From: Blasia pusilla
Taxonomy: Eukaryota
Direction: 5' to 3'
DNA length: 64,000 bases
NCBI GenBank assembly: GCA_050084515.1
Contig: CM114271.1
Coordinates: forward strand, 29,512,001-29,576,000
The number at the start of each line of letters is the position of its first letter. Within the stretch, counting starts at the first letter, position 1. Both the position numbers and the translations under genes were made by a program. Positions 24,801 to 37,162 of the stretch are shown here, piece after piece. The notes under the pieces are model-generated. The model had not been told where the DNA came from. It was given only the letters and a program-made list of their open reading frames with translations, and ran no database searches.

Positions 24801-25901
24801 TGTTTACTTCATCGAGCATTGTATGGGTTGAAGCAAGCCCCAAGGGTATGGTATCAACGAATAGATACATTCTTTCGAGAGAAGGGTCTCATGAAGAGTC
24901 CTTCAGAAGCAAATTTGTATGTGTTTTGCGAAGATGGGATGTATATGTTGATAGTCTTGTATGTGGATGATCTGATCATCACAGGAGACCACAGTAAGAA
25001 AATAGAGGAAATGAAGGGAGTGTTGGAATCTGAGTTTGAAATGTCAGATTTAGGTCTTCTGCACTACTTTATAGGATTGGAAATTTGGCAACAGTCAGAT
25101 TCTATTTTTCTCTCTCAGCAGAAGTATGCTAGAGAAATCTTGAAGGCATTCGGGATGACCGAGTGTAAGGCAGTGGTCTCGCCAATGGAGGTGGAGTTGA
25201 AACTCTCGATGGAGGATGTTTCACCATTGGTAGATGAAAAGATATACAGAAAGCTTATAGTCAGTTTGATATTTTTGTGTAACAGTAGACCAAACATTAG
25301 CTTCGTTGTGGGAGTATTGAGTAGGTTCTCAACTAAGCCTCGTGAGAACCATTGGAAGGCAAGGATGCGTGTGTTGAAGTACATCAAAGGCACTATCGAG
25401 TACGGCATCACCTATGGAGCAGGGACGAAAATGACAGGTTTTTGTGACTCAGATTGGGCAGAAGATTTAGATTCTCGAAGATCAATTTCGGGTTATTGCT
25501 TCTTGGAAGGATCAGGTGTGGTGTCATCGGTCAGCAAGAAGCAATCTACAGTGGCTCTTTCTTCTACCGAGGCAGAGTACAAGGCGGCTTGTTATGCTTC
25601 TTGTGAAGCAGTATGGTTGAGATGGATACTGCAAGACATAGGAGAAGCACCAGAAAGTGCTACTGTAATGTGGTGTGACAATCACAGTTGCATTGCCATA
25701 GCACATAATCTTGTGTTTCATGCTCGTACAAAGCACATAGAGATCCAATACCATTTTGTTCGTGAATTGATCAAGAGAGAGGTTTTGAAGTTAGTCTATT
25801 GTCCAACAGAGGATAACCGTGCAGACATCTTCATGAAAGCCTTGAGCGGAGATCAGCTTCACCGACATCTGAAGGGTCTTGGCATAGGTCCAAGACAGTA
25901 G
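21884..25901 (+). pseudogene. Copia gag-pol polyprotein (several stops and frameshifts; 727-aa INT-RT-RH segment open)
   Basis: KLDGSNYTLWKFKM gag, CCHC remnant, WVLDSGAS protease, ELIHADLCG integrase, YGLKQAPR and LYVDD RT, ARTKHIEIQYHFVRE RNase H. Confidence 0.95.
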
Positions 25902-25930
25902 TCCACATGAGAATGGATATTGAGAGGGGG

Positions 25931-26309
25931 TATTGGATTCTCAACATCCACTCCTCTGAGCACCATTGATTTGATCGGCTCCCTTGTATGAGGAGAATCC
26001 TAGATCGATGGTTCCAACTTAGACGTCGGAGGAATCATAGTAATATGACGTAGGTGGTTTACGGAGTAGCGTTACTAGAAACAATTTTTTTCTATTAATA
26101 GAAACGAAGAAAAATAGGTAAAAACCCTAGTTTTCTCGAGTAGTCAAATAGTCGGGAGCCGCAGCGGTAGCGCATTCTCGTATGTCGAGTTATCTCCCAG
26201 TTCAAGTTCCATCGAAGCTCTTCTGTGAGCGCACGGACGGACTAGGCCACTTTGTATCTCTAAGTTTTGTAAAGATTTGAGTGATTTCGTCACTTTCTGT
26301 TTTCTCACA
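25931..26309 (+). repeat. 3' LTR of Copia family 2
   Basis: Starts tattgg right after the PPT and ends tttctcaca. Only the last 228 bp are shared with the 5' LTR. Confidence 0.85.
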
Positions 26310-26763
26310 CAACCGAGCTCTGTACTCCAAGCTAAAAATCAGACAAACTTGTTGTCCATACACCTCCAGAATCGCAAATCCGACAGCGCTTCCGCCCAGA
26401 TTCATGCACACAGAAATCTGCAACACTCTTTCACCACAGAAGCAATCCGCTCCATACACTCAAGCTGATAGCTTCACATGAGATAAAAATAGAGGTAGAA
26501 ATAGGAAGCTCCAACCTACAGAGCTTCCGCACTCCAAGCTCTCCACATTAGAAAACCGTCGAACACGAGCCAGAATCTTCAATCTTTGATAACTCCCAAC
26601 TCCCTTGATGAAATCCGGCGATTTAAAGTGCATTGGAAAGCTCTTAGCAAGGCGCTTCTTTCCCAGCCAACCACGCATCAGATCCACACCTCCAACATAG
26701 GCCACAAGCCACAAACATCCATGGAAAATTACACTATCAGCCCTAACCAGATCCTACTGATCT

Positions 26764-27025
26764 ACCATAGCCAAGAGCTCTACTCACTACCAAGGCTAAC
26801 TCCCAACGCAACAGGCTCAACTCAAAGAACTAATTGTTCTTTGAGTACACTCCACACTATACCCTCCAACCTAAGGGCGGGCCCTACTGGAAAAGTCACC
26901 CTCAACGGATTAACCCCCAATCCTATGTATGAAACCGCATCCCTACCTAGACACTACGACCCTACATAAGGTATGGCCTCTACTTGCACACTATACCCTA
27001 CAACATAATCCGTATGGTCATGAGA
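26764..27025. repeat. Repeat B terminal copy at the element 5' end
   Basis: Matches 11956-12217 and abuts TSD GCTT. Confidence 0.95.
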
Positions 27026-28119
27026 GCTTCTCTACTATAACTCTGAATGTTTGGAACACTACGAATACCTCTGACTTGGCTTTCAAAAACTATACCCGTA
27101 TATACCTAGAGAAGTCATCAATAAATGAAACAAAGTACTAGCAATCACTAAGGCTATGTTGTGATGTTGTCCACACATCATTATGGATAAACTCCAATAT
27201 CTTGGATGCTCTTCTACCTTGCTTTGGAAAAGGAAATCTAGCTTGTTTTCCAAATTGGCAAGTAGGACATACCTTTAACGTAACAGGACTTGCTAATTTA
27301 GGGAGTCCTATTACTATATTAGATGATGAAAGACTATGTAATCTTTGAAGATTCATATGTCCAATTCTTTTATGCCACACATTTAGATTTGTAACTTGTT
27401 GGCCGGTTTGACCATACATTGTTGTTTGAATCTCTGGCATAGAAACATCTAATTTGAACATTCTGCCAGATCTAATTCCTTTGGCTATCGTAGTCTCGTC
27501 ATCCATTGTTTCAATTAAACAACCATCTGCGTTAAACATCACTTGATAACCCTATTCTACTATCTGTCCTACAGAGATCAGATTTCTTGCAATGGTAGGA
27601 ACATAGAGAACATTTTCAAGAGCACAAACACCATATGATGCTATTGGAACTTTACCACTATGCGTTATATGATGTTGAGTGTCATCTTGTGTGAGCATAA
27701 TTGCAAGATCTTTCACCGGCTCCAAACTACTGAACCTTTTAGCTTATGAGGTCATGTGATTTGATGCACCAAATTCAATGTACCAATCTGTTGTCAAGTC
27801 TTTCTTGACCATTGCTCCCATATGATGAGTCATGACCAAAAGATGCTCTGATTGTGAATGTTGTTGTTCTTGGTACTGCTCTTGGTGTTGTTGCTCCACA
27901 TAGTTTTGTTGTTGAAAGGCTCCTATTCTCATATCTGCCTTCTTCTTGAAGCAAAACTTTGCATAGTGACTCTTTATCCCACAGTAATTGCAAGATCCAA
28001 GGACCCTCTGCTGCTGACCTCGACCCCAACGGTTTCCACCATCATCACCATATGATTGTGTCTAGTACTGGTTCGTAGTTGATTGAGTGACGTTATATTG
28101 AGTGCCTCTTCCTCCATAT

Positions 28120-28663
28120 TGTCGTGCGCCTACTCTCCTTGAACGTTATTCTTGTTTGTTGCGGAAGCGTGCGTTCAGTAGGTCACGCTCTCAACGCTGA
28201 TCTGCATCCAAACACGCACTTTGGTTAGTCGGATCCAAACACGCACTTTGGTTACTCACGCATTTTCTAAGATATTTAGTGCGTTTGAAGCGTCTCAAGA
28301 TAAACTTTCCAACGCGCTCTTACTTGTCCCGAACTCATCTTGGAGCTCAATGTTACGGTCCTAAACACAGTCAGATTCTCCCAAACGCTAGTCGTGTTCC
28401 AAAGTGGTTCTCACCTCTTTGGCAACCAACCTCCCAAGATTCAACTAATCTCAAGTCTTGGCTCGCATTTGGTCTAGGTTTCCTGTTCGCGACCACTAAG
28501 GCATAAAACGCACAACTTTGTTCCACGTTTCGTCTCTTAAACTTTTCCAAGAGACTTTTCCAAACGCCTCTCCAAAGCGGAAACCTCGCAGCGTGAGTTC
28601 ACTTGAGTTCTGATTTTTCACTTGGCGCCTATTTGGTGTTGTTTGGTTATGAGGGTCGCAACA
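28120..28663. mobile_element. Solo-LTR-like insertion (544 bp) in Copia gag
   Basis: Termini TGTCGTG...CGCAACA with a perfect 4-bp TSD ATAT at 28116-28119 and 28664-28667. Absent from the sister copy at about 51190. Confidence 0.88.
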
Positions 28664-30116
28664 ATATGCTTAATATCCACCATGACCACGAAAGTTTCTG
28701 GCACGATTCGTGCCTCTGTTTGATCCATAACCTGCAAATAGCGCACTCTCTTGCAAACTAGACGAGCTATCGTTGCCTACTAGGCGCATCTCTTCACTGA
28801 TCAACAGAAGAACTAACTTTTGAAAGGTTGGATACTTCTCTCTCACAGAGATAGAGATCTCAAAGGACTTTTAATCCTTTTGAAGGCCTTGAAGAGTGAA
28901 GAAAATGATATCATCATCTTCTACTGTCATTCCAATGCTATTCAACTGATCAACAATATGTCTGATACTCAAAATATAATCATTGATGCTGTGCGATCCT
29001 TTCCTCACTTCGTTCAATTGTTGTTTCAATTGAAGCTTTCTGGCCTTTGTAGATGTCTGGAACAACTTTTCCAATGCATCCTAGGCCTCGTTCCGAATAT
29101 CAAGATCTTGGATGTGACCTATCATTGGCAAACTTATCGTTATTGAAATGTAGTGGATTACTTGCCTTGCGCATTTCTTCCAAGCGCGAACATTCAAGTC
29201 TATTGAGTCACCTTATGGCTTGGCCTCATCACCTGTGACAAGCTCCCATAGTTTTTCACCCATGAGAAATGGTTTCATGCGAAACTTCCAGATATTGTAA
29301 TTCTTCTTGTCTAGCTTCTCGCCTGTGATTGATGTTGAGGAATACTCCATGATAAACGATTTCACTAAAAAAAAAACATAATTTCAGGCTTTCTACTGCT
29401 CTGATTGAACCATAGACCACTCCTATAAAAAAATCGACCTGAAATTTGCTAAAATTGATCAACTGTATGAAAGAACTAGTCGAAATCTGCCTATAGAGAG
29501 CAAACTGCACAACTTTTCTTCACTAATTGCACTTTTCTACACTGAAATTGCTACTGCATGAGCTTAGAGTGTTAGAATCAAGCGATTTTTGGTGCGTTGG
29601 AAAGCTCTTGACGAGCTCTACAAGATAGCTAAAATGAGTCTTCAGTATCATTTTAGCTAAAGTAAACCCTGACGGCTGAATCGACCGGGAAGGCCCTCTA
29701 AAACGCCTCCAAAGTTTTATCACCAACAAAGCTCTACCTGAAATCTGCACCCATTGAGCTTTGAATAAAATTTCCTTCTCCCATGTTGAAATTGTGCTCG
29801 GGTGCGGACTGGCATGAATGTCCCATGGATGGACTTGTCTATTTCCGTGCAACCTTGATATTATGTTTGGAGGTGCATTGCATAAAAAAGACCATGCGGC
29901 TATGTGGAAAGGCCAACGACAATTGGCTATCAATTTGTACATGTTGTCTATTGTGCACGGACAGATTTTTGCCATGGTGTTGTGTCAAAGGGCCTATACA
30001 TACTTCATACTCTAGACGTAGAAGGAGGTTGTGGATGATTGCATAGAGAGGATGAAGTTGCCGACATCTGATTTTTTCATCAAAACATTCAATGTGAATC
30101 CTCTATTTTCTCCCAT

Positions 30117-30290
30117 ATGTATCTTTTGCTTCAACTTGGTTGGGCAGGTCATCATCATCCATCTTACCTGATCAACCAAAACAACTACGATGGATTTTGT
30201 GCCGTCATTTGGACTTTGATATTTTCCTATGGAGGCGGTTTTGGTACCATTCCATGCTTTGTGACCAATATGTTCAACCCTTACTTCAAG
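30117..30290 (+). pseudogene. MFS (OFA-like) transporter pseudogene, C-terminal fragment
   Basis: NYDGFCAVIWTLIFSYGGGFGTIPCFVTNMF resembles the late-helix YGGGFxxxP..FG signature of this family. Confidence 0.72.
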
Positions 30291-33200
30291 GATAATTCTC
30301 ACTGCTTGGTAATCACAAGTGAATTGCACAAGAGTTTTTACTAGTCCATACTATAATTTGAGGGGGGTTACTTATTTTGGTAATTCTTCCTCCCAAAGAA
30401 GTGAAGCCTCTCCACAAGTAGTAATATGAAATTTCATATTGTAGGAAAAAGTTGAAATAAGTTGAGGTTACTGAAAAATCCAAGCGGCTCTATATTTCAA
30501 TGTGATGTGATTTGATTTGCAATGGCCCTATATTCAAATGTTATGTGATTTGATTTACATCAAAAAACATGTTAGATCAATAATAAAAGAGCAATCTTTT
30601 TAAGTAACAAGCGATCGTAAGACACATGTAACTTCACTAGCCTTAAAACTTAAGAAATCACCCGAGTTCTCTAATTTGGAGTAAAGGTGTGGAAGGAAGT
30701 ACGTAGTGAGGTGACGATAGAAGTAGAGGCAACGTCAAATTGAAGGTGGTGAAAGAAGTGGAGGAAGCATCATTTTCCTGAAGTAGTGGCTTTTACAATG
30801 AGATTCCTTCTTCTTCCAGGGTGTCGTTATAGATGTGTTTTTGCATCTATTTTGATTTCTTCATTGGTCCTCTAGATCCCTACATTCAAGTTTGTTCTGC
30901 TATACAATCAAAGTTTCAAGAAGGAAGCTCTTATAAGATTATGATCTAATTTGATTATAATTAGTCTATGAGAATTTTCAGAGCTTTTTGGATCTTTTGA
31001 GTTACCTTTAGTCATGATCGCCAATTTCAAATTGTTCAATTTGACACTGGATAATGCTTCCACGTATTTTCCATGAGTGGAAATTTTAGAACTTGAAGAG
31101 GTCACAAACTATTGATGCTCATTGCTGAGGCGGATTGATGTTCAAGGAAGATCAAAGATCTTAGTCCAGCGTTCATGCACCTTGAACCACTTCTTAATTT
31201 CCTATGGCTCCCAAATCTTGGGAACTCTAGCAGATGCTCCTCATTTCTAATTCCTTGCTTTGATCCATATCTGAGCACTTTCTCCAACTTTTGTTGTCCT
31301 GCAGAGCTGATTGAATGATTTATGACGCACATCACGCCTCGGGTTCAGATTAGCCGAGCTGTGATCCAAAGATAGAATTGTGAGACACTTCCAATTTGAC
31401 TCAAACTCTCAAATCATTGCAAACCCACATTAATTTTTGTATCGCTCTCCTTGTATAGAACCTTCTTCCTTCTCAGCCATACTTGATACCTTTCCAAAGC
31501 GAACGGGACCAATTTGCATGTTCATACAGTCCAATTTATAGCACTCAATCCTAGCAGGGATTAGACATAATAGTGGGCCTAACCCCATCATGCTCAATCT
31601 CGCCATGACTAGAAATGATTCACGAGCTAAGGCACCTGGCTGATTTGGGCACAACCAAGTGCCTCAACTCAAAATTATGCCATTGTAATATTTGGTTCAT
31701 AATGGAACTCATAAGTATAAATAAGGTTAGTGCAGAATTTTTAGCTAAAGATGTTCCCACTTCTTCCACTAAAAAGCGAGTTTCCATCTTCAAGGGCAAC
31801 ATCCCATGTGCCTTTGATACACTAAGTTTTTCAATGACTTCGTGCTACAATTGATAGAGGGACTTGATTTCTAGTTCAGCTAGATCTTCACAATCCAGCT
31901 TGCATGCAACTAATCCACTGCCATGCCTAGAACCCACTAAAATTGCGTTGTACCCATGGCCATCATTGAGATTGGTTTGTTTCAACAATGACCCAACAAA
32001 GAATTTTTGAGTAAATCTAAAAGATGTTTGTTGTTCCATCAGTAGGACCTAGCACTTTGCTTCATGGAGGTGGCTATCAAAAGGGATTCCATAGTTTCTT
32101 ACATATCATGCACTATACTCCATGTATTCCTAGAATATTTCACTCCTCACCATTTAAGGGAGGATTTCTGACCACAAATTGCTCATTGAGTGAAATCTCC
32201 TCCTCTAAATTACCTCGGCACTTATTTCCTCCCTCAGCTCTCCCCCTCAACATTACTTCTGTAAGTTTCAAAGTATTTTAACCTTGAGCTATTATAGTAT
32301 GTTGGGCTTTGTTTTTGCAATGGTATTTTTTCTTCCCCCATTGGAGGAAAAACCTATTACTTTAGGCATATAGTGCTACATGAGAGAACAGTGTAACACA
32401 AAGAGGTAGGGACATTTGTCTTCCCATGTGTGAGATGTGTAGATGTGGCTCTTGCAAGATCCTACTAACTATAGATCTTGATCTAAGGAGAAAATAGCTT
32501 TTTATGGAGTATTGTGTATACACTCACTTTCTCCTATCCCCATAATTTGACTAACGTCTGTCAGTGACAACAACAATCCGTTCCATAATGGAATACAATC
32601 ACCGTATGTCCAACGCCCTCATTCCCATGAAATCTAAACCATCGTCAAATCTATGGCAAAAAGTTACGAAGAGGAGCACATACTCCATGCCCATCCTGAT
32701 AGGGTTCAAAATTTTTGAGCCAATCATAAAATCGATGATCAAGATTCTGTGGGCTTGAAGCTCAAGTCCAAAAAATGCGCAAGGATTTTAGCGGTACCTT
32801 CGCATTCGTACTAATTGTGAGTCAAACGCACCATGGCACTTGATGGACTACAATACACCACAATCATGCCCATACGATGCCGATGCATTAAACGAGCATT
32901 CTGACTTGTTAATTTAGTGGTGAGAGATGTCTTTGAGATTGTATGTTTTCTCTTCCAATGCTAGTTATTATTACGTGGATCCGATCACTTCTTTGGTTTG
33001 GTTCTAATTCTATTATTCTCCATTTTCCCCTTTTTTTTCTTTCCTTGAAAAATATTACTTATTTTTGAATTTTTGAATGGGGAGGCTAAAGATCTTCCAA
33101 ATAGGATAAAATTACTTTTTTAATGATGTGTGTATGTGACTATGGTTCATACTATAGTAGGGTTACTATTACTATTATGTATGGCAAGTGAGTGGGAGAG

Positions 33201-33424
33201 AGAGGTTGCAATTCATTTAGATCTTTCATTGTTGAGTATACTAGTAAGGGGCTGTTTAATATTTTCCTCATGTATAATTTGAATCTCTTTGATGAAGAAA
33301 AGGTGGCCAAAGATTCGGTTTTGACTCTTTGACCAAGTAAAAATGGTGATTTTTTTCTTTTTTCTTTTTTTCTTGGGGGGGAGGAGGGGATGGGTTGTGG
33401 TTTCTAGGTTGGGAACCATGTGTG

Positions 33425-33701
33425 CAAGGTTGCATGAAAATGGATTTGTTTGTCCCTAGTATGTACAAGTCCACCAAAATGCCATATTTCCTCCATGCAT
33501 GGTTTTTTTTTAGGAACTCGTGTGGCTAGTGCAAAGGCAAGGTGTGAGAGAGAATTGCATGGATGGGTCAACGAGGGTATGGGATATGGACGAGAGTGGT
33601 TGCAGGTGCAGAGGTGCAAGCTTAGACCCTGAGGGATTTGGGACTTTTCCCACAAGAACAAGTTTGGCCCTAAGATGGACATAAGTCCGCATGCAGCCTT
33701 G
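33425..33701. mobile_element. hAT-type MITE (CAAGGTTGCA family)
   Basis: TIRs caaggttgcatg / catgcagccttg. TSD is not clean. Confidence 0.6.
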
Positions 33702-34296
33702 CATATTTCTCATGGGACACATTATGGAAACAAGTGGATTATTAAGTACTTGACCTTCTTTTCCTAGGTCTAAGAATCATATGTCAACTTGTTCCCCTTG
33801 CACCTAATTCAAGGCTAAATTCAAGGCATTTCACACCACATTTGTCATACCATCATAGAAGAGTAAGTATTATCTCGATCATTATATTAATAATTTCATT
33901 TTATGAGAAGCTCACTCAAACATGCTCATACGATTCCCATGATCGAAAAAAAGAATATTCTAGTTAAGTGATAACATTCAATGTTGAAGAAAAGTGATAA
34001 AAAAACATGCATTCCAATCACTCTTTCACATGTCATTTGTAGAACAGTCTTGGATAAAAGAGTAGTCATGATTCCAATGTTCTAGTCTATTGATCAAAAT
34101 CATGAATATTCTAAACTAGTGATTAAATCAAGTATGTTGTAGTCAACACTTCATAAAAATTAAGTAATAAAATGCTCCAAATCATTAGGCTCATGTTTAC
34201 GGCATTTTGCGACAATAACATTGATAATCCCAAACACTCGTCAAAATCTTCCCTCGATTGAATTTTTTCCTTCAAAGTCTTGGATATATATATATG

Positions 34297-34787
34297 CAAA
34301 GTTGTACATGGACAAAGTACACATCAACGGACTTATGTCCATCCCTAAGACGGACATGTATGTATGGGCCCGCCCTAACCACGACAAAGACCAAGGCTCC
34401 ATCAACCCGCACCCAGTCCAACAACCCATTTCCTATTCCAAGGCGAGGCGAGCCTGATGTTGGCCTTTCCAAGGGAGGTATGGGCTTGGTACATGCTTCT
34501 AAACATGTGGTAAAAATGGCTTGCATTGAGCGCGCTTGGCCATGCATGGGCCTACCACATGGCCCGCGGGCCAAGCATGAGCTTGATGCAGACCATGAGA
34601 TGGCTCATAGCCCGTACACTTGTTCAATCCCTGCTCGCCTCTCTTAATCCAAGCATGTATCCGATCCTGCATTGCAAGCCCACGTGGGAGATTGAGATAC
34701 CAAAACACTATGGATAGGGAACCCGTTGGGCATGTTTGTAAACATGTCCATCCCATGGAGAGAAAAGTCCCTTTCCATGCAACCTTA
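34297..34787. mobile_element. Probable MITE of the CAAGGTTGCA family
   Basis: Ends caaagttgtacatgga / tccatgcaacctta. Internal ggacttatgtcc and gggaacccgttgggcatgttt blocks are shared with 35738-36023 and about 46200-46393. Confidence 0.5.
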
Positions 34788-35737
34788 GGTATATAAACTA
34801 TAATATGGAACATTCTCTCCATATTTCTAGACTACATCTCTACAACTCTTGCATACCTCATGTTTGGTACAGTTTTCGAGAAGATGGAAAAAAACTTTGT
34901 CGGGAAGCCTCTGAACATGCTTTCAAAAGATGTCAATATCCCATTGAAAGCAAGTTTGAGCAAGGAATAGGGATCTTTTGTAGAATCCCTTTGCACACGT
35001 AGATTCTCCAATGGCTTCAATTGCTTTAGACTATCACTACAATATTTGCAACAACTTTGTGAGTCTTAAAATCCATACTCCAGTCGCAACTTTATGAGTA
35101 TTGCACTCACAAATTTAAGAAGTTGATTCGTAGTTAGTGACTTTGATGCAGCCCGAAAGAACCATTTTATTAAAAATTTTATGAATTTTCCATAGCTTGT
35201 AGTTGGTTCTTAAGGAAATTCCACTAGACTTGAAAAAATCTTACAACATTGCAATTGTATTGGCAGCATAAGTTTGCCAGTACAAGCCAATTATAAGTCT
35301 CTCTTGCAATTAGCTTTCTGGGAAATTTTGGGATTTATTTCATACTTGCTAGTTCATTTCCATGCAATACAACTGATTCAATATTTCATTCACACAAGCC
35401 GAATGATGCACCAAAGGAAAAATATTTATATATATGGCTAAATTTTGTACAAATTTTGAAGAGCAGTATCATCTACTAGTGTCAAAATTCCTACCTACCT
35501 CGTTGGCGTGCAGCTAATGTAATAGTACTAATGAGCCACGCATGCGAGACTGCATTAGACTTGTAGAAGGTCCAACACTTAAAGACATGTCACTTAGCCT
35601 AAAATAGCCAAATAGAGGAATTGGTATAATATCAATCTAGATGTAATGGAACTATAGTTGCTCTCCTTTTCCGACGAGCTAGGATGAAGGTATGCCCAAA
35701 CAACACATTGACTGCCTACACCATTGACACTTTAGAA

Positions 35738-36023
35738 CAAGGTTGCATAAGGATAAATTCCTTGTCCTTGTCCACGGACATGCCCATGTATGTGGACTTA
35801 TGTCCGTGCAATGGAAGGACTTTTCCATGTGGATCCCATCATCCCATTTTTTCTCATTCCCTCCACTCCCTCCCCCCTTATTGCCCACTTATCCTTGCCC
35901 TACCTTCTATCATAAGCTATAAGTATGGCCCCCACCTCTTGTAATCCATATCCGTGGACATGTCCAAACTTATCCGTCCATGTCTGTCCTAAGGATGGAC
36001 TTGTCAATTTTTATGCAACGATG
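35738..36023. mobile_element. hAT-type MITE (CAAGGTTGCA family)
   Basis: TIRs caaggttgcataa / ttatgcaacgatg. 8-bp TSD CTTTAGAA / CTTTAAAA (7 of 8 match). Confidence 0.72.
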
Positions 36024-36109
36024 CTTTAAAACTTAGCTATTGGCCAACTATGATGTAACACAAGCTTCTATACTCAAGCTATATACACTACAAGACCACA
36101 TCATGTAGT

Positions 36110-36620
36110 GTAGTTTCCACAATATTTCCTACTTCCTCATAAGATGACTCCCTAGTTCCCATTCTCTCTTCCATACATCATAACATTACTTGGAAACTTA
36201 GTAACTTTTTCCTAATCTCTTTGGTCTCATAATTTTGTGTTGTTCCAATATAGCTTTCATTTGAAAGGCCTCTTGGTCTTGAACTAGGATTGGATCAAGT
36301 TTAGAACTCTTCTTCCTTGTGTTCTTCAAGTCGGATCTTGATGGGTATCATAAAAAATTTCCTTCAATTAACTTGCATGGAACACATCATGAACTTTCTT
36401 CATATCCAACACTTATCTCAATTGGTATAACACCCCCTTAACTCTTGTGAGCATCTCAAAAGGTCTTGCATATCTTGGCGTCATATTACCAAAACTACTT
36501 GAAGGTTGTTGGTACAACCTTGGTCTTAGCCAAACAAAACCCCAACTTTAAAGATCACATCTTTCATATGAATATGACTTGCTTCTTGTTGCAATGTTAA
36601 GTAATTCTAATGATAAGAAA
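36110..36620 (-). pseudogene. Old Gypsy (chromovirus-like) integrase C-terminus remnant
   Basis: Manual translation gives FVWLR...MTPRYARPFEML...KVHDVFHAS*LKE (GPF-type region), then a weak chromodomain-like stretch ETKEIRKK. Confidence 0.6.
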
Positions 36621-36994
36621 TCTTCTTCTTAGTCCTACAAACTCTCAACAACAAAGTATATTTATGGTATTTAGTTGAAGCTTCTAAAATTTGACGCCAG
36701 AAAAATTTGTTTGGAAATATATGGTAATTTTCAAGAAAATAATATCCAACCAAACCTAGATCGAAGACTGACTATTTTCTTTTTGGGACCAATTCTCTCT
36801 TGGTATCTATATATGGCCAGAAGATAACTTTTAAAGTTTACTCAATTCCAGCTAGTTATTTGATAAAAATACAAACGAACCCCTTATTTTAGTCCATCTT
36901 ATAAATACCATTCGAAAAGAGATCCAGATTGCATCGAGCTAGGTTAACGCATAACCACGGTTCTCCACATGCATTTACTACGACCCCTAACACA

Positions 36995-37162
36995 TCTATA
37001 TTATTTAAAGAGGATGGGGTTTGGGAAGCTCTCCTCTGGTGTTGACAAGTAAGCTTTTTTAAGCCTCCCCTATAGACATGTGTACAAGAGCATTTAACTA
37101 AGTGATAACAAAAAGAACTAAGGGAGTTTTTTCACCCGTGCGTCGAGCGAACAAGATGCTAG
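36995..37162 (+). mobile_element. Mini non-autonomous Helitron (168 bp)
   Basis: a|TCTATATTATTTAAAG start, a decayed cccgtgcgtcgagcgaa hairpin, and a CTAG|t end. AT target site with no TSD. Confidence 0.65.

Larger units (their letters stand above)
21584..26309 (+). mobile_element. Ty1/Copia element, family 2, inserted in the 5' leader of the Gypsy-like element
   Basis: LTR homology between 21584-21811 and 26082-26309. PBS tggtatcagagc at 21812-21823. PPT tgagaggggg at 25921-25930. gag-pol lies between. Confidence 0.93.
11744..27025 (-). mobile_element. Ty3/Gypsy-like retroelement with C5 DNA methyltransferase and PHD domains and split direct repeats (degenerate)
   Basis: Boundaries are fixed by comparison with the uninterrupted Copia copy (about 50090-50110) and by a 4-bp TSD GCTT at 11740-11743 and 27026-27029. 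Domain order is gag, CCHC, PR, MTase, RT, RH, INT, PHD. Confidence 0.92.
9041..29797 (-). mobile_element. Ty1/Copia element, family 1 copy A (degenerate, 5' LTR and PBS missing, two nested insertions)
   Basis: 3' LTR at 9041-9352 with PPT agggggag next to it. RNase H (HTKHVEVHYHFIRE), RT (YGLKQAPRAW, LYVED) and integrase fragments lie at 9360-11743. The element resumes at 27026 with GAG-pre-integrase, protease and gag. It is collinear with the copy at 47391-52696 until about 29797. Confidence 0.95.
7071..30344 (+). mobile_element. Putative non-autonomous Helitron carrying MFS gene fragments, expanded by nested insertions
   Basis: 5' end a|TCTATATAATTAAAAGGA at 7071 resembles the mini-Helitron start at 36995. 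The 3' end has a decayed hairpin caagtgaattgcacaag, 9 nt, then CTAG|t at 30341-30345. Pairing the two ends is an inference. Confidence 0.55.

Noticed and set aside
11744-27025. Classification as a DIRS/Ngaro element because of split repeats and a methyltransferase
   Set aside because: No tyrosine recombinase motifs were seen. It has an aspartic protease, a zinc-finger/DDE integrase and a TSD, and the MTase is C5-cytosine type rather than the adenine type I associate with DIRS elements.
30600-32760. Possible LINE or other TE coding remnant on the minus strand
   Set aside because: It looks like decayed coding DNA, but I could not identify any convincing motif.
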